From contig CAWHVB010000001.1 of assembly GCA_963832715.1 (NCBI GenBank), positions 100,065 through 164,064 on the forward strand: a stretch of DNA of 64,000 bases. Reading direction: 5' to 3'. This stretch comes from an uncultured Ignavibacteria bacterium (GTDB lineage: Bacteria; Bacteroidota; Ignavibacteria; Ignavibacteriales; Ignavibacteriaceae). The position numbers were made by a program, and so were the translations under genes. Positions 31,192 to 41,595 of the stretch are shown here, one piece after another (within the stretch, counting starts at the first letter, position 1; each line of letters begins with the position of its first letter). The notes under the pieces were generated by a model. That model saw nothing but the letters and a program-made list of their open reading frames with translations, did not search any database and was not told the origin of the DNA.

Positions 31192-32137
31192 TTAATCTCC
31201 GACGGTTATCACTACATTTCCTTTTTTATGTCCTTTGTCAACATACCTATGAGCTTCTACTATTTCTTCAATCGGATAGCTTCGGTCAATCACAGTTCTC
31301 AGCTTTCCCGCTTCACAGAGTTCCTTAATAAAATTGAGATCTTCGACTTTTAATTTGATATTGCCCGACATAGAAAGAACATTCAGGTAGTGTCCTGACC
31401 CGGAGAGTGATATTTTGCGTTTTGAAGAAGGGATCTTACCCACAGCATCATAAATAACGTCGTAAATCTGACCATTTTGTGTAAAATCTTCCTGCGTATA
31501 ATCGATAACTTCATCCGCGCCCAGAGATTTTACCAATTCCAGGTTGGAAGTACTGCATACAGCTGTAACCTCTGCCCCATAAGTATTTGGCAATCTGAAT
31601 TGCATAAGTACCAACGCTGCCGGAAGCACCAAATATTAATACTTTCTGCCCTTTCCTGATATTTGCTTTTCTAAGATGAATCAGTGCGGTTATTCCACCA
31701 TTAGAAACAGGTGCGGCTTCTTCGTGTGTCATATTAACCGGTTTTATTGCCAGGATTCCGTTTTCGCGTATGCAGCAGTACTGCGCATACGCACCAAACC
31801 TGAATTCCGTTGATGCAAAAACAGGATCGTTTACATTAAACCGCCTGACATCCTTCCCGACTGCTTCAATTTCTCCGGAGAGTTCCATACCGAGTATTTT
31901 TTTTCTTGGTCTTTTTAAGCCAACAATTAACCGCATAACAGGTTTGAAGAAAAAATCTTTAACCGGACCTAGTCCGGGTTCAAAGCGCCGGATCTTGGTG
32001 TCCCCTATATGCACTGTTGTTGCATTTATTTTAATCAATACTTCATCATCTTCGGGCAAAGGTTTGGCAACATCCGCCATCTTCAATACTTCAGGCGGTC
32101 CGTAATTTGTACAAATAACCGCTTTCATTGTTTCCAT
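31192..32137 (-). pseudogene. MDR-superfamily NAD(P)-dependent oxidoreductase (zinc-ADH/quinone reductase-like); frame broken once
   Basis: ORF 31511..32137 holds the GroES-like domain and [18 protein letters not shown] 31192..31632 holds [27 protein letters not shown] and onward. They join at about 31578-31582 if one base is removed. Length is 946 nt (3n+1). Confidence 0.75.
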
Positions 32138-32805
32138 TATTTTATTCTCCCCGATTAATTATTCTAATAGAACACAAAATCATCATAGTGATTAAGCTGC
32201 TTTTCAATACCGATTAAGAATTTCAACACTTCTGCAATTATCCGGCAGACTGGATTGAATGGCTGCTGTGCTGCCGAAACTCAATAATAACAAATAAGGC
32301 AATGATTGTAATAATTTGAAAAGCGGAAAGGAGCTTTATTTTTTTCACAACACCTGATTAAGCTGCTGCTGAAAAACTTTTTTAATTACATGTATTAAAT
32401 TAGGTAAACTTTTAATAGGAAAACAAAAGTTCCTCCCATCGTGCACTTCCGGAAAAACTAATGAGGATAGGTAAAATAAGTGACAAGAATGTCACCTCCC
32501 GTTAATTTATTATTTGTTCAACAGTAAAGTGAAGAATTGACTACTATAAAGTCAAAAAATGAAAGATAATTATTCATTCTGAAGAATTGCTGCCGGTTCC
32601 GATATTCTCCGGAACGAAATATCAACTAAATGAATTAATTCCTATTTCATCCTTTTGGACTATTTTTATGTCTCCCCGATTTTTCTATTATTGATTACAA
32701 CATTGCGGCAAAAACAGGAACTGCTGATCAACTGAACTATTCAATAAAGGTATGAATCGTTAAGGAAAATTGTGATTTATACAGAAACATAAACCATATA
32801 TTGAG

Positions 32806-34527
32806 ATGAGTATGATGAAAAAAGGTAAAATTCAAAACAGACCAATACCCCTCCCAAAATCACCCACCAGTATTCAAGGTTTAGACGAAATCACCGGCGG
32901 AGGATTACCGAAAGGCAGACCGACACTTATATGCGGCGGCGCCGGCTGCGGCAAAACTCTTTTTGCAATGGAGTTTATCGTCCGCGGCGCAACGATATAT
33001 AATGAACCCGGTGTATTCATTTCATTTGAGGAGACAGAAAAAGAACTTATTGCAAATGTCGGCTCGTTAGGGTTTCAACTGGATCGTCTTGTTGCAAAGA
33101 AAAAGATCTGGCTCGAACATATTCACATCGAACGCGGTGAAATTGAACAGATGGCAGAATTTGATTTAAAGGGTTTGTTTGTCCGCATCCACCAGGCAAT
33201 CGAAAGTATAGGGGCAAAGCGCATTGTCCTTGATACCATTGAATCTCTCTTTTCAGCACTGCCGAATTCTACAGTAGTACGCACAGAACTGCGGCAGTTA
33301 TTCGGCTGGCTGAAGAAGAAAGGTATTACTGCTATAATCACCGGTGAACGAGGCGAAAACTCACTAACGCGGCAGGGTCTGGAAGAGTACGTTTCCGATT
33401 GTGTAATCCTGCTGGATCACCGGGTTACCGATCAGTCATCCATACGGCGGCTGCGTATTGTTAAATACCGCGGCTCAACACATGGTACGAATGAATATCC
33501 ATTCCTGATTGATGAGGATGGTTTTTCCGTTCTGCCTGTTACTTCGCTGGGATTGAATCATACTGCATCCAAAGAAAGAATCTCTACCGGCATTCCGCGT
33601 CTTGATACAATGCTGGCGGGTAAAGGTTACTACCGCGGCAGTACAATACTTGTTTCAGGGACCGCCGGCACCGGCAAGACGAGCCTTGCCGCACAATTTG
33701 TTGAAGCAGCATGCAGGCGCGGAGAGCGGGTCCTTTATTTTGCTTTCGAAGAATCCCCTAGTCAGTTTTTGCGCAACATGTCTTCAATCGGCATACAATT
33801 GGAGCAGTGGGTGAAAAAAGGTATGCTTCACTTTCATGCTACACGACCGACACTGCACGGATTGGAACATCATCTTACGACTTCCATCAAACTTATAAAT
33901 CAAGTTAAACCGCAAATAGTTGTTCTGGACCCTATTGATGCATTTGTGATAGGAGAGAATCAAACCGAAGTAAAAGTAATGTTGCTCCGTCTGGTGGATT
34001 TTTTAAAGATGAGAAACATAACCGCGTTCTTTGCAAGCCTCACTACGGCAGGACATCCCCTGGAGCTTACAGATATGACAATTTCATCTCTGATAGATAC
34101 ATGGCTGCTTTTGCGCGACATCGAAAGCGGAGGTGAGCGCAACAGGGGTTTATATATTCTAAAATCGCGCGGTATGCCGCATTCCAATCAAATCCGGGAG
34201 TTTATACTGACTGATCACGGAATTGAATTACTTGATGTTTACATAGGTACAGAAGGTGTATTAACCGGTTCTGCACGATTAGCACAAGAAGCAAGAAACA
34301 ACGAAGAAGAACTATTGCGTCAGCAGGAGATTGAACGCAAACTTAGCGGATTAAAAGTTAAACGCACTGCAACAGAAGCTAACATTGTTCTGTTAAGATC
34401 TGAGTTTAAAGAGGAAGAATCTGAAGCAATCAGGCTTATTGAAATGGAGAAAGCAAAAGCTGAAAGGTTCGCACAAGCACAGAAAAAAATGGCAAAGAGC
34501 AGAAAAGCAGATAATATTGTAAAATAA
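32806..34527 (+). CDS. kaiC: KaiC-family double RecA-fold ATPase with C-terminal coiled-coil extension
   Basis: Two Walker A motifs (GGAGCGKT, GTAGTGKT) and catalytic EE pairs (SFEETE, AFEESP). TISSLIDTW aligns with the S431/T432 phospho-site region of Synechococcus KaiC. KYRGSTHG and KSRGMPHS are present. About 85 extra charged heptad-like residues form the C-terminus. Confidence 0.9.
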   Translation: MSMMKKGKIQNRPIPLPKSPTSIQGLDEITGGGLPKGRPTLICGGAGCGKTLFAMEFIVRGATIYNEPGVFISFEETEKELIANVGSLGFQLDRLVAKKKIWLEHIHIERGEIEQMAEFDLKGLFVRIHQAIESIGAKRIVLDTIESLFSALPNSTVVRTELRQLFGWLKKKGITAIITGERGENSLTRQGLEEYVSDCVILLDHRVTDQSSIRRLRIVKYRGSTHGTNEYPFLIDEDGFSVLPVTSLGLNHTASKERISTGIPRLDTMLAGKGYYRGSTILVSGTAGTGKTSLAAQFVEAACRRGERVLYFAFEESPSQFLRNMSSIGIQLEQWVKKGMLHFHATRPTLHGLEHHLTTSIKLINQVKPQIVVLDPIDAFVIGENQTEVKVMLLRLVDFLKMRNITAFFASLTTAGHPLELTDMTISSLIDTWLLLRDIESGGERNRGLYILKSRGMPHSNQIREFILTDHGIELLDVYIGTEGVLTGSARLAQEARNNEEELLRQQEIERKLSGLKVKRTATEANIVLLRSEFKEEESEAIRLIEMEKAKAERFAQAQKKMAKSRKADNIVK

Positions 34528-34622
34528 ACCGGGTAAATCGAAATGGTTCGTGCGATGCAGGATGTGAAATTCGTGATATTACCATTTTATTAAACCGGTT
34601 TAATTTAAACTTCGAAAATACC

Positions 34623-34676
34623 TGTCCCATAACATCAGCCTGCAGTAAGTGAACAGGGAAACTTTGTTATGGGACA
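34623..34676. terminator. long inverted repeat between convergent kaiC and the T9SS gene
   Basis: Perfect 12-bp arms TGTCCCATAACA (34623-34634) and TGTTATGGGACA (34665-34676) around a 30-nt loop. There is no clean T-run. Confidence 0.4.
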
Positions 34677-34699
34677 AATCTTATCTTCTAAACTCCAGT

Positions 34700-36924
34700 T
34701 TATTTCAAAAGCATCATCTTCTTAACTGACCTGTAAGTGGTTTTGTCAACACCAACTGCCTCTATTGAATAGAGATACAAACCGCTGGCAAGAGCATCTG
34801 CATTAAAGTTTATCGAGTGAAACCCTGCAGTTAAATTGTTATCTGCCACTGTATTAATTTCCTGGCCTAGAGCATTGAATATTTTAATAGTTACTTTAGC
34901 ATCTACCGGCAGGCTGAAACTAAGCGTCGTATTCGGGTTAAAGGGATTAGGAAAGTTCTGATCCAGACGAATAATGAGCCGGTAAATTGACATCTATCTC
35001 AATTTCAATTGAATAAACAAATGATCCGTCGAAATCGACCTGTCTTAACCTGTAAGTATTCTTACCGGTACCTGGAGCATTATCGGTAAAAGAATACGAA
35101 TGAGATTCGGTTGAAGTACCGGAGCCGGGAACAAATCCGATTTTTACCCAGCTGATCCCGTTTTTCTTTTCGACATCAAATCCGCGGTTGTTTGTTTCTG
35201 TGGCTGTCTTCCATACCAGGCCGATAGTTTTCCCATCAGCTGATCCGGTGAATGACACTAACTCGACCGGCACAGTGGACTGAAACTCAATGTCATCTAA
35301 AAATATCGGGGTAACAGGACTAACATTTCCGTTTTTGAATGCAATGTAGGCATTTCCCGCAGGGGGCAGAGTAACTGTATACTGGGTGAAATCATAAGTC
35401 AATTGAACTTCTTCAACCAAGGTGAAGGAAGCACTGTCGGAAGGATCTGTCATCAAACCGATTTTTACAGGATTTCCGCCCGTAGCCCAGAATGAAACTG
35501 TTCCGCCGTCAGGACCGATCATAACAAGAGGACTTACGAGAGCGACAAAAGCATTATAATCAGGCTGACCATTGCTGCCGTCTAACCCGTTCATAATAAA
35601 AGCAGCATTCGGCTGAGACGGGGCTAAACCATGGGGCATTGATTTTACTTCAGCAACATTATTTGAAATTAAAACTTTTATGCAGCTGCTCCAGCTGTCC
35701 GGAAGCGCCGGGGGGACAACGCCGTCAAAGTTTTCAAAGAAAGAAGTAAGAGAGGCAGATTCATCCGCTGCCAGTTTGACAAGCATTATCTTAGCTATTG
35801 AACCGCTGCTGTTTGACCTTCCGCCTAAAATATATCCGCCGTCCGAAGTCGGCTGAATGGACTGTACTACATCATCAAGATTGCTGATCTCATAAGTATG
35901 ATCATAAATAACATTTCCGTCTGCATCCGTCTTCACCAGCCATGCATCATTTAATGCTGCCTGGCTTACAAATTTAGTTCCTGCGCCGATATAGTTTCCG
36001 TTTGGCGTTGTCTGTACTGCCATAAATCCGCCATTGCCGTACATATTATTCCATATGACATTCCCTTCAGGATCCGTTTTCATCATCCAGCCTTTCATAC
36101 CAACTCCCCAGTACGGTTCTCTTTCCCCGGCAATGATGTAATTGCCGTCAGAATCAATCCGGATTGATCTGAAGATATCAACCTGTGCCGCACCGTAATG
36201 TTTCGTCCAGAGTGTATCGCCGTCACTATTAAACTTAACAAGCCAGCCATCGTGAGAAGTTGTATCGCCGTAAGTATAATGTTTATCTCCGACAGCAATG
36301 TAGCCGCCGTCTGAGGTTTCCTGAAGTGAGTAGAGCCTTTCCCAATCATATTGAGCACCAAAGCTCTTATTCCATACGGCGTTCCCATTGCTATCCACTT
36401 TAAGGATCCACGCCTGCCAGTAATAATCCTGGTATCCGCCGAAACCAAGAGCAATAAATCCATCGGGGGTTTCCAGGACATCATAAAAATTATCCCATTC
36501 TGTTTGCCCGCTTGGATTGGGATGATAACCTTTACTCCAGATTACATTACCGTTGCTGTCTGTCTTTAGGAGCCATCCTTCTCCGTACCAGCCGAAAGCA
36601 GTTGAAGCACCGGCAAGAATATAGCCGCCGTCGGATGTCTGTTTAACTATATAAGCTTCATCGATATAAGTATCGCCGTATGTTTTTGTCCAGAGCGTAT
36701 CACCATTTGCATCAGTTTTAATTAACCATGCATCCATATTCAGCGAACCATTATCTTTTCTTCCTACCGTAATATATCCGCCGTCGTCTGTCTGCACAGC
36801 ATAATAGCCCCAGTCCATTCCGTGAACCGCCGAAGGCATCTGACCATGAAACATCCGGGGGAGTCTGTGCATTCACAATAACCGTCAATAAGAAAAATGA
36901 AATAGTCATTAGCCATTTACTCAT
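34700..36924 (-). pseudogene. secreted beta-propeller-repeat protein with T9SS sorting domain; frame broken twice
   Basis: Signal peptide MSKWLMTISFFLLTVIVNAQ starts at 36924 in one frame. The body ORF 34947..36872 has about 8 repeats of DGGYI..G......DAWL.KTD..GN..W. The C-terminal ORF 34700..34993 carries DQNFPNPFNP...KKMMLLK. Joins occur at about 36822 (FGGS|GMDWGY) and about 34965-34970 (AHYS|LDQNFPNPF). Length is 2225 nt (3n+2). Confidence 0.8.
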
Positions 36925-36969
36925 ATCTACTTCTCCTTTTAATATTTATTTAATTATTTGTTATGAAAT

Positions 36970-37281
36970 TCAGTCAATTTTATTTTCAGGAAGAAAGCCG
37001 TATTCATTAAGCAGCAGTTCAACATAAAGTGAGAAATTCCGGAAAATAACAGGGAATTTTTCCGAATAGTCTTTAAGGATTTCCAGGCACGATTCTGTTA
37101 TCAATTCTGTTTCTTTCAGATCCAGTATCATCCGGAAGTGCTGCCTGAGATAATCAGCATTTTTGTAATTATTGTAGATCTCAGTTAAGAAATCGTCAAG
37201 TACAGGAGCGGAATCCAGTTTCCCGATGATGTGAACAATCGGTTTTCCTTCTTCTTCAGTTTTGTAGATTCGATTAATCAT
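36970..37281 (-). CDS. small hypothetical protein, possibly STAS/anti-sigma-antagonist-like
   Basis: 103-aa ORF. The pattern IVHIIGKLDS...ILDLKETELITESCLEIL loosely resembles STAS domains. The family call is tentative. Confidence 0.4.
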   Translation of the reverse strand: MINRIYKTEEEGKPIVHIIGKLDSAPVLDDFLTEIYNNYKNADYLRQHFRMILDLKETELITESCLEILKDYSEKFPVIFRNFSLYVELLLNEYGFLPENKID

Positions 37282-37375
37282 ATGATCAGCTATGTTAAAA
37301 GATATGCCAGCGATTATTCATTCGAATAAAGTCGTTAATGGCTGTTTTGGGGAGGAATTGAGAATAAATTCACGT

Positions 37376-37404
37376 GATATTTCACGAGTTGCGATATTTC
37401 ACGA
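37376..37404. promoter_or_regulatory. direct repeat GATATTTCACGA x2 (17-nt period), candidate activator binding site
   Basis: Identical 12-mers at 37376-37387 and 37393-37404, 95-123 nt upstream of the ATG at 37281 and directly downstream of the sigma-54 activator gene. Confidence 0.3.
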
Positions 37405-37532
37405 TCACATATTGAAGCAGATTGTCAGGGATTAAATAAGTCGTCGCGTCGCCAAGGAGAAGGTGCTTGCGGGAAGCGTAGATAAGTACAGATTTACACG
37501 AAGGGATTTTTTTGCCGGAGGGGAATTATTTT

Positions 37533-40500
37533 TCAGGACTGTTCAGCGAAACTGATCCCTAATTTTTTCATCCGGGACCGCAGAGTGCTGGGGTTGATGC
37601 CGAGCAGTTCAGCTGCCCCGTTTTTCCCGCTTATCTTGCCATCGGTTTTTGTTAGGATATGAATGATATATTGTTTTTCCATCTGCTCAAGAGTGACAGT
37701 TCATTATAAATACCCTCTCCCCTTCTGACCGTTCAGAATTCAGGTTTAGCAAAATATCTTCATCAGAGATTACATCCATCTTAGAAATTATTACAGCCCT
37801 GTGGATTATGTTTTCCAGTTCACGGATATTTCCCGGGTAAGAATGTGCCTTAAGAATATCCAGGGCGCTTTTAGTTATTGTGCTTATCCTTTTATTCAGA
37901 AGTTTTGAATAGCGGTCAATAAAATATTTGGCGAGATGTTCAATATCTGCCCTGCACTCTCTTAATGGAGGTGCATAAATCGGGTATACATTTATCCTGT
38001 AAAATAAATCCTGTCTGAATTTTCCTTCCTTTACTCTCTCCTCAAGATTATGATTAGTTGCTGCAATAATTCTTACATCGACATTTATCTCCTGGCTGCC
38101 GCCGATCCGTGTTATTCTTTTCGACTGCACCACGTTCAGTACTTTAGCTTGAACATTCAGGTTCATATCGCCGATCTCGTCAAGGAATATTGTACTCCCA
38201 TCGGCAACCTCAAACTTTCCGATATGCAGTTTATCGGCACCTGTAAAAGCACCTTTCTCATGCCCGAATAACTCACTCTCAACCAATGCATCGGGGATGG
38301 CAGCACAATTCACGACAACCAGCGCCCGCTCCTTCCGCAGACTGGTATTATGAATTGCCTCGGCGATTAAATTCTTTCCTACTCCTGTTTCTCCCGTAAT
38401 AAGAACAGTTGAATCGGTCTCAGCTATCTGCTGAATCTTTTTTCTGACTTCATTAATTGCCGGGCTTCTTCCGATAATTGAACTTACTTCCTGAACGTTT
38501 CCCTGTTTCTCACGCAGATAAATATTTTCTTTTTCAAGCCTGTCCTTTAATAACTGAATTTCCTTATGAGCCTTTTCGAGCTCACGCTTTTCAACAAGTT
38601 CCTTTTGAGCGTCCACAAGAGAATTATATTGTTCTTCAATCCTGATCTTACTTTTCTGAAGATCGGTCGTCTTTTCTTCAACAATCTTCTCCAGCTGCAT
38701 ATTTCTTTTACGGATGTGTGAAAGCCTGTAAATATAGCCGCTATATGCTATTAACAGTAAGAGCAGAGAAGAAACAGCTATGAACCAGGGTCTTTTCCAG
38801 ACGGGGGCAAGTATTGTGAAAGATATCGACCGGGGATTGCTCGACACCCCGAATTGATTTACAGCTCTCACCAGGAAAGTGTAATTCCCGGGTTCAAGGT
38901 ATCCATAAGTTATTTCCGGATTCGCTGAAACATTCGACCACTCTTTCTCAATACCCTCCAGGTAATATTGAAAATTAACAGCGTTCTCATTATAAAATGA
39001 TAGGCCATCACAATAGAAACTGATTTTATTCTGTGAGGGAGAAAGTTCCGTTCCTGAAATATCAGCTAAGGCATAAGTTGAATCATTAACTTTTACCCCG
39101 GTGATATACGAAAGCGGTGCAGCAGTAATCACACGGTCTTCTGCCGGATTGTAAACCGTAAGTCCGTCGAACATTCCGAAATATATATTGCCATCGGCAC
39201 CTTCCGCTATCGAATTATTATAAGCAAATTCGTTGGACGAAATACCGTCATGGTAAGTATAGTGCGATACTACTTCATATTTCCCATCCTCCTTCTGGAG
39301 CAGGAAGAGACCGGAGGCATTCGATCCCGCCCAGAGCCGTTGATTGCTGTCTATATGCAGCACGATGATATCAGTATTCTTTAAGGCATCGACTGTTTTT
39401 ATCTGTTTCTGCTTATCGATAATAAGCAGCTCTTTACCGATCGCCACCAGTATATCTCCATCCTTATCCCGGATCATATCCTTTAACCGGTAAAAGAGGG
39501 ACTTTTGTATCTCCGGCGCCGACAATTTTTCTGCTGCTGAATGGAATAGTACCGTTTTCAATTATTACCAATCCCTTGGCTGTCCCGATATAAAGGTCTT
39601 TATTTTCAACCTCCATCAGTTTGTCTATTTCAATGTCCTGCACCCCGAAATCCTGCTCAATAAAATCCGGACCTGTCTTAAGATAAAGACCTGTGCTCGT
39701 GCCGGCCCAGATATTACCAAGATGATCTTTTAAAGTCGTAAAAATTATTTTTGTATCGAGTCCGGTAATTTTATAAGATGAAGAGTTGGATAAACTGACA
39801 ATTCCCGGTGTTGAGCCTAAAAATAATTCCGAGTTTGAATAAGGCAGAATAGTAAAATACCAGCGTTTTGAGAACGGAGATGCGGAGTTTATGATTTCAA
39901 ATTTCTGTCCGTTGAATTTAAAAAGTCCTTTATCGGCAGCAACAATGAAGTTATCATTCACCTTTGAGATAGCCAGGATTGCATCCGACAGTAATCCCTC
40001 TTCTTTTCCGTAAGTAGTAAACATCAGTGATGATATTTTAGATATCCCGTTTTCAGAGTGCCCTATCCACAAGTCCCCTTCATAATCCTCAAACACCCTG
40101 AAGATTATATTGCTTCTGAGACCATTTTTTTCTGTGATATTTATATAGTCGGCAGTTCCGTAATCAACATTTTTATACCTGTAAATTCCGTTCTCGGTTG
40201 CGAACCAGTAGCAGCCGCTTTTTGTCTGCATTCCGTAATTTGTCGGAACATTCAGAATCCAGTCTACAACAGGATTTGTTTCAAAATTCTCATTCCGGAT
40301 AATACCAGGTCCTTTTTCTGAACAGACTATAAAATTATTTTTGTCGTCAAAAAATGAATACCTGACTTTTGAACCGGCCAGACCGTTAACAGGGAGCTCT
40401 TTTATCTTATCTGCAAAGTAGAGGAACACCTTTCCCTCTCTGCTGATAAAAAAGATCCCGCCTTTTTTATTTTCAGTAATACTTACAATTACCTGGTTCT

Positions 40501-40984
40501 TAAAACTATGTTCTTCAGAAAAATTAACTAAAGTTGTATCAAGGAAGTATGATACATCGCCGGGGAAGAAGAGAGAATGAACCCATACACGGTTATAACT
40601 ATCCCGGAACAATGTAAACTGCCCTTCCGATTCCTTCAGCTTCCAGTTTTTTATGTGACCATCAGAAATCCGTGAGACGCCGTAATCGTAAGCGACCCAC
40701 AAATTCCCTTTTTCATCACCGGTAATTCCGAGCGGAGTTTCATCAAGCAGCCCGTCGTCTGTTCCATATATTTTATACGATTTCCCGTTATATTTTATTA
40801 ATCCTGAAGACGTACAGAACCACATATATCCTTTATCATCCTGGTAGATGCCCCAGACCTGGTTGCCCGGCAGTCCCCTGTCTTTCGTATAATTCGTTAC
40901 AGGATACTTCTGAGCAAATGATATATCGGAGCAGCAGATTAAAAAGATCAGACAGAGATAGAATATTGCGTGAATCGTTTTCAT
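37533..40984 (-). pseudogene. transmembrane sigma-54 activator: signal peptide + two-component-regulator propeller repeats + Y_Y_Y + TM + coiled coil + AAA+ + Fis HTH; frame broken twice
   Basis: The start at 40984 gives MKTIHAIFYLCLIFLICC. ORF 39464..41065 carries propeller blades. ORF 37687..39561 carries more blades, a YYY-like NFQYYLEG...GNYTFLVRA region, a TM segment (WFIAVSSLLLLLIAYSGYIY, about 38731-38790), a coiled coil, GETGVGKN, GAFTGA and PGNIRELEN. The HTH (LEQMEKQYIIHILTKTDGKISGKNGAAELLGINPSTLRSRMKKLGI) is in a third frame ending at TGA 37533-37535. Length is 3452 nt (3n+2). Confidence 0.8.
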
Positions 40985-41595
40985 AAACGTTTGTAATAAT
41001 ACAGGACTGTCGTACACAAAATGGAAAAAGTATTTGTGTGTTGAACATCTCCCCGCGTTGAACAATTGAGCTGCATTTTTTCTCTTTAACCAGAATAAAA
41101 CTTAATTCTGTTACTTAGGATTTTATGCGTTGAAATGGGATTCCACGCTTTTCGAATAAAATCTTAATCTCCCGTATCAAAATTACATAGTAAGATTATA
41201 ATAATCAGTAAAATTATTCCGGCGGAAAAATATTTCATTATTTTGAAAGAAAATTAAGGATAGACGGTGAAGGCAGGCAAGGAAAAGGAGAGTCACCGCG
41301 GAGGCACGGAGGCGCGGAGGGAGAAGGTGGAAGATAAGAAGGTAAGAGGGTGAGAAGGTAAGAAAAGGCAGTAAGCAGAAATTAGTAGGCAGAAGGCTGT
41401 CTTCGCCGTAGAACGGCGAGAATTATTAGAAGTAATGTCGCCCTGAAAGCCTATGAGCTGCACAGCAGCGGCGTATTAAAATTTGGGAGGATGAATTTCA
41501 GTAAAAACTATTTCCTTTTTTGTACCCGGCTGCGCTGCCATCCGGAAGGAAGGACAAAGTATTTATGAAGAAAGTTTTGGTTGTCCACTGGGGAA

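Noticed and set aside
37294-37309. TGGCAT-N5-TTAAC lies upstream of 36970..37281, next to the sigma-54 activator gene.
   Set aside because: The -12 element lacks GC, and the motif ends only 13 nt before the ATG. That would leave essentially no 5' UTR.
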